From Aeromonas phage Aes516, in sequence record JN377905.1: DNA of 24,000 nucleotides; one strand, given 5' to 3'. Shown in pieces: positions 7,099-15,469 of this stretch (positions are counted from its first letter, which is position 1; every line of letters begins with the position of its first letter). Position numbers and translations under genes: made by a program. The notes under the pieces are model-generated. The model had not been told where the DNA came from and did no database searches. It saw nothing but the letters and a program-made list of their open reading frames with translations.

Positions 7099-8639
7099 AT
7101 CAGTGTTTTTGCTTGAACCCACTTGTTATCGATTAGAACCTCGTCATTCTCGTTGACTATGGTCATAACGCCGTCAAGCTCAATCTCGTAGAAATCTCCA
7201 TCAGGCAATTTTTTGAATGGGTTTGGTTCGGCTAAATCGAGACCCATGATTGCACAGATATCTGCCAATTCTCGGTTCTTTAGCACGTCAGAACCTTTCA
7301 TTCCCCAAGTGTTCATGACCTTTCCTCGAAGAGCATATCCACCATGCAATTCGCTGTCACGAACACTCAACAAATACCCAATAGCCGAATCACCTTCCGT
7401 CAGGAACAGCGTAGTCTCCTTGGTGGTATCACCCCAAGAACCTGCCTTTATATGCTTAGCGACTTTGGTTTTTGCTGCTGCTTTTTGGGCTTTCGTCAAC
7501 GCCGCTTTTTCTGCAGCCAGATGACGAGCAAGAGCAGCCTCGATGATTGGCATCAGGATAGCATCATTGTTCATGATTTGCTTTCCTAATTTTTTGAAAT
7601 CCAGCTCAATGTGTGATTTCACTTCGCCGAGCGGATTAGTCAAACGTTCCTTTGTCTGAGAATCAAACCGAAGATTACTCATTCCACGAACAATCACAAT
7701 CATTGTCAAGCATTCTTTAATTCGAGCTTTGCTTATTTCAATTTTATGCTTTCGTTTGATTGATGGAATAAGTTCGTCGGCAATGCCATCTACCAAGTAA
7801 TCGATGTGGGACCCACCATTCTTGATATTCAAACCATTGACATAACTGACTTGACGGAATCCTTCAGGAGAATTGCAGATTGCGATGCTAAAATTATCAT
7901 TTTCGAGAATGAGAGATTCATCACCGAACATTTTAGCGTATTCTGCAAACTTCATTGAAGCCACTTCACCGTTGATGGTGAATTTAATCTTCGGGAACAC
8001 CACAGACAATGCAGTGATTCGATCTGAAATGATATCTACTATCTGCTGATCGATCGTTTTTCCTTCAAAGTGCTTTTCATCAGGGATGAAATATACCGAC
8101 GTTCCTTTGATTTTACCCGGCTTGGTTTCCCAATTGACTTGAGATGCACCGTCAGAGCAAGTGACAGTGAGAAAGTTTTTGCCATCGCACGTTTCGCCAA
8201 TAAAAGTCTTGGAGAAGAAGTTCGTCAGAGAAGAACCTACACCATTCATCCCCATCGATACACGATTGGTGTCATCAAAGTTTGAGCCTGCCATAGTTTG
8301 TGTCCAGGCAGCAACAGGCTTAGGCATTTCTCCATCTGGTGTGTTTACCAGCGATTGAGGAATACCTCGGCCGTTATCCACTACCGTCACAGAACCTTCA
8401 AGCAAATCAAAGCGAATATCAATCTTATTTGCAAATTTAAAATCAGTGCGAATACCTTCGTCAACCGAGTTATCGATGATTTCGTCGATGATTTTTACCA
8501 GACCTGGAACATAGGAAACGGATTGATACTTACCAAACAAGAATCGCTCATGTGGTTCATACGCAACAGAACCTACATACATATTTGGGCGAAGAATTAC
8601 GTGTTCGCGAGGAGTTAGAACTTTGAATTCATCAGACAT
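7095..8639 (-). CDS. 39: DNA topoisomerase II large subunit, N-terminal ATPase part (T4 gp39-like)
   Basis: 514 aa: LTPREHVILRPNMYVGS, IIDNSVDEG, VVDNGRGIP, GMNGVGSSLTNFFS, TLFLTEGDSAIGYLLSVRDS. Ends with the ENDEVLIDNKW tail before the C-terminal domain. Confidence 0.95.
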   Translation of the reverse strand: MSDEFKVLTPREHVILRPNMYVGSVAYEPHERFLFGKYQSVSYVPGLVKIIDEIIDNSVDEGIRTDFKFANKIDIRFDLLEGSVTVVDNGRGIPQSLVNTPDGEMPKPVAAWTQTMAGSNFDDTNRVSMGMNGVGSSLTNFFSKTFIGETCDGKNFLTVTCSDGASQVNWETKPGKIKGTSVYFIPDEKHFEGKTIDQQIVDIISDRITALSVVFPKIKFTINGEVASMKFAEYAKMFGDESLILENDNFSIAICNSPEGFRQVSYVNGLNIKNGGSHIDYLVDGIADELIPSIKRKHKIEISKARIKECLTMIVIVRGMSNLRFDSQTKERLTNPLGEVKSHIELDFKKLGKQIMNNDAILMPIIEAALARHLAAEKAALTKAQKAAAKTKVAKHIKAGSWGDTTKETTLFLTEGDSAIGYLLSVRDSELHGGYALRGKVMNTWGMKGSDVLKNRELADICAIMGLDLAEPNPFKKLPDGDFYEIELDGVMTIVNENDEVLIDNKWVQAKTLI

Positions 8640-8687
8640 TAATATTCCTCATAATGAATTGATAGAGTAGTGCCATTATATCACTAC

Positions 8688-8741
8688 TTAGTGTTTTGCG
8701 AACATGAGCACAATACTCGCAACGACAGCCACAGTAGGCAT
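8688..8741 (-). CDS. Candidate microprotein MPTVAVVASIVLMFAKH (17 aa)
   Basis: GGAGG SD 5 nt before the ATG; abuts the stop of the preceding 11-codon ORF (TAAATG). Confidence 0.35.
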   Translation of the reverse strand: MPTVAVVASIVLMFAKH

Positions 8742-8777
8742 TTAGTCCTCCCAAATGGATTTTTTGACATCTTTCAT
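8742..8777 (-). CDS. Candidate micro-ORF MKDVKKSIWED (11 aa)
   Basis: ATG overlaps the stop of 8774..9004 (AAATGA) with GAGGAG upstream. Confidence 0.25.
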   Translation of the reverse strand: MKDVKKSIWED

Positions 8778-9004
8778 TTTTGCTCCTCAAATTCAAAATA
8801 TCGCTGTTCTTCGAGTGGAATTCCAATGTTGTATCCAATGAAAGTAACATTTGTTCTCAATGTCCCGTCTGGCATTGTTTCGAGAACTTGAAGTTCTCCA
8901 GATTTGGATTTCAGTTCAAGCATACTTGCCCACAACCTCTGCCCTTCCGTTTTGCAAAATCGCTGTTGATATTCGGAAAGAGGGATTTTCAATTTAATTT
9001 TCAT
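8774..9004 (-). CDS. Hypothetical protein (76 aa)
   Basis: MKIKLKIPLSEYQQRFCKTEGQRLW...; overlaps the upstream gene end. Confidence 0.65.
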   Translation of the reverse strand: MKIKLKIPLSEYQQRFCKTEGQRLWASMLELKSKSGELQVLETMPDGTLRTNVTFIGYNIGIPLEEQRYFEFEEQK

Positions 9005-9218
9005 TTTGAACCTCGAAATATTGCTTGCAGTTTGCAGAAATTCTGCCGCGCCAACAACGACCGCAGACATTGAGAAGCCATTCTGGGCCATCATTGCCTA
9101 TAACAAGAAGTTGCCTCCCTTTTGCAAATTCAACAATAGTCCTTGCCAATTTGTAAGATTGACTGTCTTGGCGGTTTGCATTTATGAAACCTTTCTCATC
9201 AACAAGACGAATTCTCAT
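8994..9218 (-). CDS. Hypothetical protein (74 aa)
   Basis: ORF tiled between neighbours: MRIRLVDEKGFINANRQD... Confidence 0.65.
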   Translation of the reverse strand: MRIRLVDEKGFINANRQDSQSYKLARTIVEFAKGRQLLVIGNDGPEWLLNVCGRCWRGRISANCKQYFEVQNEN

Positions 9219-9220
9219 TT

Positions 9221-9541
9221 TTATTGCTCGTATTCAAGTTTCACTAAAATTCGTTGTCCACGTTTCATGGAAACATCGACAATTCCCCTCAAACCAATCA
9301 GCTCGTACGCGTACGCGACAGATTGTGGGAAATTAGTCGCAATGATTTTGCGAATTTTCTCTTTATACTCAGCCATTTGAGCCTGAGACTCATTGTATGC
9401 CTTAGTCTTAAAGAGTTTGCCCCAAGAGTCTTGATTGTTTGCACCGATAGAGTTCATTTCAATGAAAAGGTCATACAATTCCTTTTCAACTCCATGACTT
9501 TTTTCTTCACACAGCAGTAATCTATGATTCGGAGCTCCCAT
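9221..9541 (-). CDS. Hypothetical protein (106 aa)
   Basis: Start overlaps the upstream stop (TGATG at 9541). Confidence 0.65.
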   Translation of the reverse strand: MGAPNHRLLLCEEKSHGVEKELYDLFIEMNSIGANNQDSWGKLFKTKAYNESQAQMAEYKEKIRKIIATNFPQSVAYAYELIGLRGIVDVSMKRGQRILVKLEYEQ

Positions 9542-9756
9542 CAGATTTTACCCTTCAGCTCTTCGTAGATACCTTCTTTCAGCACCCAAGTGGTACCTTC
9601 TGCGGTGATAACCCGTTCGAGAACAGCAATTCGAGTATTGCCTTCGAAAACATACAGAACGGTAGTATAGCAGAGATGCTCTTCGTGGGATTTCTCAACA
9701 ACAGAAACCTTGTTGGAAAACATTACGTCAAGGAAGAAATCTTTGGAAATACGCAT
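9541..9756 (-). CDS. Hypothetical protein (about 71 aa)
   Basis: MRISKDFFLDVMFSNKVSVVEKSHEEHL...; GGAG 8 nt upstream of ATG 9756. The longer ORF in the track would start inside a promoter. Confidence 0.65.
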   Translation of the reverse strand: MRISKDFFLDVMFSNKVSVVEKSHEEHLCYTTVLYVFEGNTRIAVLERVITAEGTTWVLKEGIYEELKGKI

Positions 9757-9787
9757 TTTCATTACTCCATGTTTGTTTGATGTGGCC

Positions 9788-9815
9788 ATTATAAAACAGC
9801 CACACCAGTTGTACA
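9788..9815 (-). promoter_or_regulatory. Early-type promoter
   Basis: TGTACA (9815-9810), 16-nt spacer, TATAAT (9793-9788) on the minus strand. Confidence 0.55.
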
Positions 9816-9816
9816 C

Positions 9817-10068
9817 TTAAATTTCGTACTCAGAGATAAATTCAGCAAAATCTTTTTCTACGCGAACGTTGGTCTGTTCGAGTTCGCAAATGATAGCATC
9901 GCCATCTTGCTTGACGTGATACTCGTAACCGACAGACTGAGGATCCATAGCAGCATACATATCGTCAGCCCACGAGAAAACTTGACAGCCTCTAGAAGCA
10001 ATCGAATAGGCACAAATGTTGGCTTCAATTGCAAATGCTACACCGAATTTGTTAATTGCGTAAATCAT
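9817..10068 (-). CDS. Hypothetical protein (83 aa)
   Basis: Complete ORF downstream of a promoter-like sequence. Confidence 0.65.
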   Translation of the reverse strand: MIYAINKFGVAFAIEANICAYSIASRGCQVFSWADDMYAAMDPQSVGYEYHVKQDGDAIICELEQTNVRVEKDFAEFISEYEI

Positions 10069-10100
10069 AAAAAGTACTCCTTGTTGTTTAACCTGAAGCT

Positions 10101-10128
10101 ATTTTATCATGAAGCACTATCTTGTACA
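10101..10128 (-). promoter_or_regulatory. Early-type promoter
   Basis: TGTACA (10128-10123), 16-nt spacer, TAAAAT (10106-10101). Confidence 0.5.
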
Positions 10129-10142
10129 CTAGTTTTGAAAAC

Positions 10143-10166
10143 AAAAAAGGGGCTCCGAAGAGCCCC
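10143..10166 (-). terminator. Rho-independent terminator
   Basis: Minus strand: GGGGCTC-UUCG-GAGCCCC then TTTTTT. Confidence 0.85.
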
Positions 10167-10325
10167 TATATAAATCAGATGAAACGATAAACTGGATTCG
10201 TGCAAGCACGACGGGCGAAGCCCGGTTCTTTTTATTCCAGTTAATCACTCAGTTGTTTTATCAATTCAACTGACTTTTTATTTATGCTGTTTCCCAGGTG
10301 ACTCTCCGTGTGGGACCACCCGGTG

Positions 10326-10805
10326 TCACAGGATGAAGTCTGCCTCTTCCAAATATGATTCATTGAGACCGCCTCTGATATGAACCAGGTGCCTAAGCAG
10401 GACCTCATCGTGATCATGCATGCACTTGGCGTCATCCAAGACCACCCATCTATGGATATTATGATCGGCTACATGACGAAGAACACCCGTGCCACGAGAT
10501 TTTCCGCCGCCAGTATCGTATGCTTCGGAATGATACGGAAGTTCGAGAAAATCACATATCATTTTTCCAGTATCACGCAAAACGACCCACGAGCTAATTA
10601 TAACCACTTTAGCATCATGTTTCTTTAGCCATTCCCTTAGCAAACTGAGTCTATGGTTGCTGACAAAATCGCCACGATTGTATGGTGAAACGCGATACAA
10701 GTGACTGTTCCGGTCAGTTCTCCATTCCGTGTGGTCATCACTCGTATTGAGAACACCGTCAATATCCAGATAAACAACTACCTCTTCATTTACTTGCTGA
10801 TCCAT
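10326..10805 (-). CDS. HAD-superfamily phosphatase-like protein
   Basis: MDQQVNEEVVVYLDIDGVLNTSDDHTEW...LLREWLKKHDAKVVIISSWVV...HRWVVLDD: DxDG motif I, SSW motif II, LDD acidic motif. Confidence 0.75.
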   Translation of the reverse strand: MDQQVNEEVVVYLDIDGVLNTSDDHTEWRTDRNSHLYRVSPYNRGDFVSNHRLSLLREWLKKHDAKVVIISSWVVLRDTGKMICDFLELPYHSEAYDTGGGKSRGTGVLRHVADHNIHRWVVLDDAKCMHDHDEVLLRHLVHIRGGLNESYLEEADFIL

Positions 10806-10864
10806 TTTGGGCCTCGTTTGGTTCGTTGTACCCCAGAAGCTATCTGCGTCGCAATGTTCGTAAA

Positions 10865-11122
10865 TCATTCTGATACCTCATTTTTAGCCCATTCGATGAT
10901 TGCATTGTAATCACCACTAACAAACGCCTGAGGAACATCTATTGCAATTTGGAATTCTTCCATTGGAGAATTAACATCACCTTCGACACACAAAACTCCA
11001 TTAACCCTGTTAAATTCCCATGCCCCGTTAATAACATAAGCACTTTGAATTTTGCCATCATGCCGGGTGATGTGCGATAAAAGAAGGGGTTTTTTCAACC
11101 CCTCTCCAAAAACAACTATCAT
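10865..11122 (-). CDS. Hypothetical protein (85 aa)
   Basis: Start overlaps the dexA stop. Confidence 0.65.
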   Translation of the reverse strand: MIVVFGEGLKKPLLLSHITRHDGKIQSAYVINGAWEFNRVNGVLCVEGDVNSPMEEFQIAIDVPQAFVSGDYNAIIEWAKNEVSE

Positions 11123-11784
11123 TTGCGGACACTCCGCGGGTCAACACCATCACCAGTGGGAATATCGTCCAGTCCCATTGCATACCGTTTGGAATAAAGC
11201 AATTCTAGCGCAGCCTTGGCACAATCGTGAATTGCGTTATGAGCAACAAATCCATCCAAAACACCCTTCGGCATAGGGCACATGGTCATATCTCGCATCA
11301 GAAGAGTAGCTTCTACAGCAGTACGAACATCACGTTGTTGCCAGAAGAAACACGGCTCATATTTGAATGTTTCACGGGTGTTGTAAATTTTGCGGATAAC
11401 ATCGACCATAATAGGAAAATCGAAGCTTTGACCGCGACACCAGCCCTGCCCTGTTTTCTTGTCAAACCCTTGTGCCGCAAGAAAATCAAGGAAACTTTCA
11501 TAAAATTCCATGACACTGACATCTTCACTCGATGGTTTAAGATGCTTTTGAGCTTCGGCATCTTGTTTTTTCCACCAATCGATTGTTCCTTGGTCAAAGA
11601 ATCTCATGCCTTTTTGTTCTTGCAGATTGAATTTGAATCGACGCCCACGTTTACACAGATCTTCAAACGTAGGCAGTTTGTACGGGTCATGCTCAAACAC
11701 TAAAACAGCAAGGTCAACTACTGCACCGTCAGGAGCATTGCCCATAGTTTCCCAGTCAATAATAAAATCTGTCACTTTGCTCAT
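11119..11784 (-). CDS. dexA: Exonuclease A (DexA), DnaQ-like 3'-5' exonuclease
   Basis: 221 aa: FIIDWETMGNAPDGAVVDLAVLVFEHDP, GQGWCRGQSFDFPIMVDVI, HNAIHDCAKAAL; adjacent to dda as in T4. Confidence 0.9.
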   Translation of the reverse strand: MSKVTDFIIDWETMGNAPDGAVVDLAVLVFEHDPYKLPTFEDLCKRGRRFKFNLQEQKGMRFFDQGTIDWWKKQDAEAQKHLKPSSEDVSVMEFYESFLDFLAAQGFDKKTGQGWCRGQSFDFPIMVDVIRKIYNTRETFKYEPCFFWQQRDVRTAVEATLLMRDMTMCPMPKGVLDGFVAHNAIHDCAKAALELLYSKRYAMGLDDIPTGDGVDPRSVRK

Positions 11785-11999
11785 ACTAATCTACTCTCCA
11801 CTTGGTTCGGTTTAATGTGCAATACCATATCAAAAGCATCACTCAATATGCGATAACCTCCGAATTTGTATTGTAATACGGTTCCGCTATAGCGATACCC
11901 GTTTTTGATAAAATAGACCAGTTGACCTGGTCTATAAATCGCTTTTTCAGGATACTTATACGAAACAGACATTTTTGCGGGCACGAGTATTTCCGACAT
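11781..11999 (-). CDS. Hypothetical protein (72 aa) between dda and dexA
   Basis: Overlaps the dexA start by 4 nt and the dda 3' end. Confidence 0.65.
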   Translation of the reverse strand: MSEILVPAKMSVSYKYPEKAIYRPGQLVYFIKNGYRYSGTVLQYKFGGYRILSDAFDMVLHIKPNQVESRLV

Positions 12000-13272
12000 A
12001 AATCAATTCCTGTGCAACATCCGGGTCTCTGCAATATTGATGCAAACACGGAGTAAAAAGATATGCATTATCGAATGTTGAACCCTGTGATTTATGAAAT
12101 GTCATTGCACCCAAGGGTCGAACTTTAACGAAAGTATTACGTATTGCCCAGAAGTCTTTCCAGTTGGGGAAAACTTCACGACTTCTATATTTTTCAGCAA
12201 TAATAGACAAAAATTCGTTTATTGCATATTGAGTATTTTGGTCATGAACAACCGTAAACCACGCCCGCCTATAGTCATCTTCATCTTCTTCATAAGATTC
12301 ACACTCAAGCATTGTGCATTCGACTTCAATTTCGCCGACACCTTTTGCTTTAAGCGTTTTGCGAGAAGGTTTAATGTTTATAACCCGTACGTTTTGTCCA
12401 TTGTTGAAAATGACTTCTTTTAGAGTTTGGCCACCAATGTCTATGTCAAACATGAGTGGTTCTTGCATGACCAATATTTCATCCGGCAAGAATGGCGCAG
12501 CGTTTGCTCCATATAGCTGTTTGCGAATAACAGAATTTAGCTTATCAACAGAACTGTTTGTGTAAGCCATTATGCGATTTTCAAGTAGGTCATTGGGCGT
12601 TTTTGTTCTTTCGAAATATTTTGAAAGAAAATCTTTGACCGTATGAAATTGCTTTACTCCATTACCAGAATCGTCAAGCTTTTCATAAATCCATTTGCCA
12701 TTTCGGATATCTGTTGCAACTTCAATGATTGGACCTTGGTGACGCTTTACTTCGGTCAATTCAACTTGTTCAAATCGATTGTCCGTGAAGAATGGACTGA
12801 GTTCATGTGTATCATCTTCTGATACTCCCCGAATTTGCGCCTTATCTCCAATGCCGATAACAACACAATGAGATGGAACATTTCGCATCAGAATGTCAAA
12901 CAATTTGCGGGTATAAAACGATACTTCGTCGCAGATAAGCACACGTGTTTTGGAGAAGTCAGGAGTACCTTTCTGCTCAAAAATTTGATTTTCTTCAAGA
13001 GTGCTTGGGTTAATCTTCAGGACAGACTGAATTGTATATGACTTGCGCAAGGCATGCTTGGACAATTCTTTCTTTGCTTGGTGTGTAGGTGCTGTGAGAA
13101 CAATACCTTGCTGGCCGGTCTGGAAAAGACGCTCAAGCAGAAAACGAGTCATAGTAGTTTTACCAGAGCCTGCAGGCCCTCGAATGGTAATATGGCGTTT
13201 AGTTCTCATTGCTTGGAGTGCTTTTTCAATAGCATCTTTTTGACCAACAGTCAAATCATCATATGTTACCAT
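11956..13272 (-). CDS. dda: Dda-like SF1 DNA helicase
   Basis: 438 aa: TIRGPAGSGKTTMTRFLLERL (Walker A), VLICDEVSFY, GIGDKAQIRGV, AMTFHKSQGSTFDNAY, YVGNTRARKNVCFV. Confidence 0.95.
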   Translation of the reverse strand: MVTYDDLTVGQKDAIEKALQAMRTKRHITIRGPAGSGKTTMTRFLLERLFQTGQQGIVLTAPTHQAKKELSKHALRKSYTIQSVLKINPSTLEENQIFEQKGTPDFSKTRVLICDEVSFYTRKLFDILMRNVPSHCVVIGIGDKAQIRGVSEDDTHELSPFFTDNRFEQVELTEVKRHQGPIIEVATDIRNGKWIYEKLDDSGNGVKQFHTVKDFLSKYFERTKTPNDLLENRIMAYTNSSVDKLNSVIRKQLYGANAAPFLPDEILVMQEPLMFDIDIGGQTLKEVIFNNGQNVRVINIKPSRKTLKAKGVGEIEVECTMLECESYEEDEDDYRRAWFTVVHDQNTQYAINEFLSIIAEKYRSREVFPNWKDFWAIRNTFVKVRPLGAMTFHKSQGSTFDNAYLFTPCLHQYCRDPDVAQELIYVGNTRARKNVCFV

Positions 13273-13274
13273 TT

Positions 13275-13586
13275 TTACCTCATTTGTTTTGGCATCACAT
13301 TAATATCAACGATATGCATTGTATCACACATTCGTTTATGCGTATTGACCAAATATTCCGACGGCTTGTTGATCGTGACTATTGTTGGAGGCCCAAATAG
13401 TCGTTTTTTGACGACTTTTGTTCCTTTCAAATACTCTGCTATGGCTTCTTTCGCTTTCTGCATATTAGCTTTAGCATCTTCCCATGAATTATGGAATACG
13501 ACACCACTAGATGAGCCATACAAATTGCCATCCAGAAAATGACAGAATCCTTCGACGTCTTTCCATTGGATTACATATTTTTTCAT
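13275..13586 (-). CDS. Hypothetical protein (103 aa)
   Basis: ORF 3 nt upstream of dda. Confidence 0.65.
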   Translation of the reverse strand: MKKYVIQWKDVEGFCHFLDGNLYGSSSGVVFHNSWEDAKANMQKAKEAIAEYLKGTKVVKKRLFGPPTIVTINKPSEYLVNTHKRMCDTMHIVDINVMPKQMR

Positions 13587-13589
13587 GAA

Positions 13590-13781
13590 TCACCCGTGGC
13601 AGAAAATATATCCATTTCCATTGGGATTACTGACAACTTTTATATCAGGAATGAATGTCATATCAAACTTTTCCTCTTTAAAAGTGTAATTAACACGGAT
13701 TAGAACGCCGTTGGGTGTATTCATAGCAAATGTTACACCATGACTGGCCCTGTTAGTTTCAATCCATTTGACTTCATACAT
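13590..13781 (-). CDS. Hypothetical protein (63 aa)
   Basis: MYEVKWIETNRASHGVTFAMNTPNG...; GAGG upstream of ATG 13781. Confidence 0.6.
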   Translation of the reverse strand: MYEVKWIETNRASHGVTFAMNTPNGVLIRVNYTFKEEKFDMTFIPDIKVVSNPNGNGYIFCHG

Positions 13782-13905
13782 AATAAAAATCCTCATATTT
13801 GATTGTTTGAAATGGAATATATGGGGCGTAAATATCCGCCCTCCCTTCTTCAACATCTAGTTTGCGCAAGCGATTGATTTCGTCAATTTCGTCTTGTTCA
13901 AGCAT
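13774..13905 (-). CDS. Small hypothetical protein (43 aa), absent from the supplied ORF track
   Basis: MLEQDEIDEINRLRKLDVEEGRADIYAPYIPFQTIKYEDFYYV; TAATG overlap with the dCTPase stop and 8-nt overlap with the next gene. Confidence 0.6.
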   Translation of the reverse strand: MLEQDEIDEINRLRKLDVEEGRADIYAPYIPFQTIKYEDFYYV

Positions 13906-14420
13906 TAATATCCATTTTCTTGTCTTTCAAAATTGTGTAAATTTTTCAGATAGTACAGTTTGAAAATCTCATCGCCATCCATGCCCATCGCGATGAACTT
14001 GTTCAGAACAAAGTGCATTTGGTCAATAAGCTCAAACTTTGCTTCCAACTGATCTTCAGGTGACAATTCAGAAAATAGCCGATTACGATATTCATCATGT
14101 TCGGCCCGCCATGGTTTCCAGATCGCATTCGGCTTGGGATTACTCATTCCACCCAAAGCGGTATAATGCTCGCGAATTTCGTCGGCAATATAATCATCCT
14201 GAGCTTGACACCAGTCAAGAATTTCGCCACAAGTCTTAAGCTCTCGTGGGTCGCGATTGTATTTTGGATGCCGTTGTGCGAGCTCAATTTGAAGTTGACG
14301 TTGCATGTCAATCATTTGATTGAGAGGATTATCATAGGCCCTAAGGCAATCATTCAGCGCATTTGCTGCCTTGTCCATATCGTTTGCCAACTGAGCGCAT
14401 TCATTAAATTGGGGTGTCAT
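13905..14420 (-). CDS. 56: dCTP/dUTP pyrophosphatase (T4 gp56-like)
   Basis: 171 aa: HPKYNRDPRELKTCGEILDWCQAQDDYIADEIREHYTALGGM...SPEDQLEAKFELIDQMHFVLNKFIAMGMDGDEIFKLYYLKNLHNFERQENGY. Confidence 0.92.
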   Translation of the reverse strand: MTPQFNECAQLANDMDKAANALNDCLRAYDNPLNQMIDMQRQLQIELAQRHPKYNRDPRELKTCGEILDWCQAQDDYIADEIREHYTALGGMSNPKPNAIWKPWRAEHDEYRNRLFSELSPEDQLEAKFELIDQMHFVLNKFIAMGMDGDEIFKLYYLKNLHNFERQENGY

Positions 14421-14477
14421 TTTATTCTCCTATGTTAGTTGTAGTAATTATATCACTTTTCGACACAGACAGCAGTA

Positions 14478-15167
14478 TTACCACGTCGTTCCTATTACCA
14501 TAGTTTCGCATACTTGGCGACTTTTTTGAATATTCATTTTCAAATTATCAATGGTCATATTGATAAAACCGGTTTCGATTTTATACTCCACAGATTTGAA
14601 TTCATTAATTAGACCAGCAGAACGAGCTTGTGCCACCCATCTGCCCATCACATCGTTGCGAACTATCCTGTACGCGCAGTCGCGCATCCAAATCGGAGCA
14701 TTTTTGTCACGGTAATCCATATAGCTCGTTTTTCCGCGGAATTTCAGTTCGTCACCGTGTTTGGCTTGAAAAATTAAATCTCCTACTGTACCTTCTTTAT
14801 GGATTCGTTTGGAATTGGTGATTTTAGCAACATCAACCTCCGTACGCTCCGAATATGGTTTTCTGTCAACACCTTCCAGTTCGGCAATGATTTGCAGTTC
14901 GATGATTCTATCAGTCATTCTGTCTTTTAGCAGTGACAGCGATGTCATCGCATTTCGCTCTTTAATGAAATCTCGCTGATCAGTTTTTACTTCTGGAATA
15001 TGAGCAACCACTTTGTATGCTTCTGCCATCTGATCGTCCAAGAGAGAAATCTCGGGAATCTTACAAATAGCTTTTTCAATAGCGTTCAGATTTGGCATCG
15101 TACAATCGAAGCTTGCACCTGAAGCAACGGATGAAACAAACAAAAGTGCTACAGCAATAGTTTTCAT
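14478..15167 (-). CDS. Secreted LprI/DUF1311-like protein (candidate lysozyme inhibitor)
   Basis: Signal peptide MKTIAVALLFVSSVASGAS, then FDCTMPNLNAIEKAICKIPEISLLDDQMAEAYKVV...QRDFIKERNAMTS, matching the recalled SFDC..(x)nEKAIC..P.L..LD..(x)nY pattern. Confidence 0.7.
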   Translation of the reverse strand: MKTIAVALLFVSSVASGASFDCTMPNLNAIEKAICKIPEISLLDDQMAEAYKVVAHIPEVKTDQRDFIKERNAMTSLSLLKDRMTDRIIELQIIAELEGVDRKPYSERTEVDVAKITNSKRIHKEGTVGDLIFQAKHGDELKFRGKTSYMDYRDKNAPIWMRDCAYRIVRNDVMGRWVAQARSAGLINEFKSVEYKIETGFINMTIDNLKMNIQKSRQVCETMVIGTTW

Positions 15168-15370
15168 GTTTTATTCTCCACATTTGTCATGTCACGTACA
15201 GCATCGAGAGCTCCACGGCCAAAATCGTTAAAGCCAAATGAGTTATCAGCTTTGGCCTCGATATCAGCTTTGGCCTCGATATCAGCTTTGGCCTCGATAT
15301 CGGCCAATGACTGAGTTTTCGCAGCTTCGAATGCCCATTTGTATCCATGTTTGTACAGTTCAGATTTCAT
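15164..15370 (-). CDS. Hypothetical protein with ADIEAK tandem repeat (68 aa)
   Basis: Contains (ADIEAK)x3; stop overlaps the following gene start. Confidence 0.7.
   Translation of the reverse strand: MKSELYKHGYKWAFEAAKTQSLADIEAKADIEAKADIEAKADNSFGFNDFGRGALDAVRDMTNVENKT
15245..15298. repeat. Three perfect 18-bp tandem repeats
   Basis: ATCAGCTTTGGCCTCGAT x3, in frame, encoding the ADIEAK units. Confidence 0.95.
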
Positions 15371-15401
15371 TCAGATTTCCTTATGTTGTTAACTTGTGAC
15401 T

Positions 15402-15430
15402 ATAGTATCACGATCATCTGGCGGTGTAAA
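15402..15430 (-). promoter_or_regulatory. T4-like early promoter
   Basis: GTTTACA (-35 core 15430-15425), 17-nt spacer, TACTAT (15407-15402). Confidence 0.65.
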
Positions 15431-15443
15431 CACACTTTCAATA

Positions 15444-15469
15444 ACAAAAAAACCCTCCGAAGAGGGTTT
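15444..15469 (-). terminator. Rho-independent terminator downstream of gene 61
   Basis: AAACCCTC-UUCG-GAGGGTTT followed by a T run on the minus strand; overlaps the gene 61 stop codon. Confidence 0.85.

Noticed and set aside
10241-10435. Track ORF MTPSACMITMRSC... overlapping the HAD gene end
   Set aside because: Its start lies inside the HAD gene in a different frame and the protein has no recognisable motif; possibly only a degraded tail.
15245-15298. Tandem repeats as a CRISPR array
   Set aside because: Units are contiguous 18-bp coding repeats without spacers.
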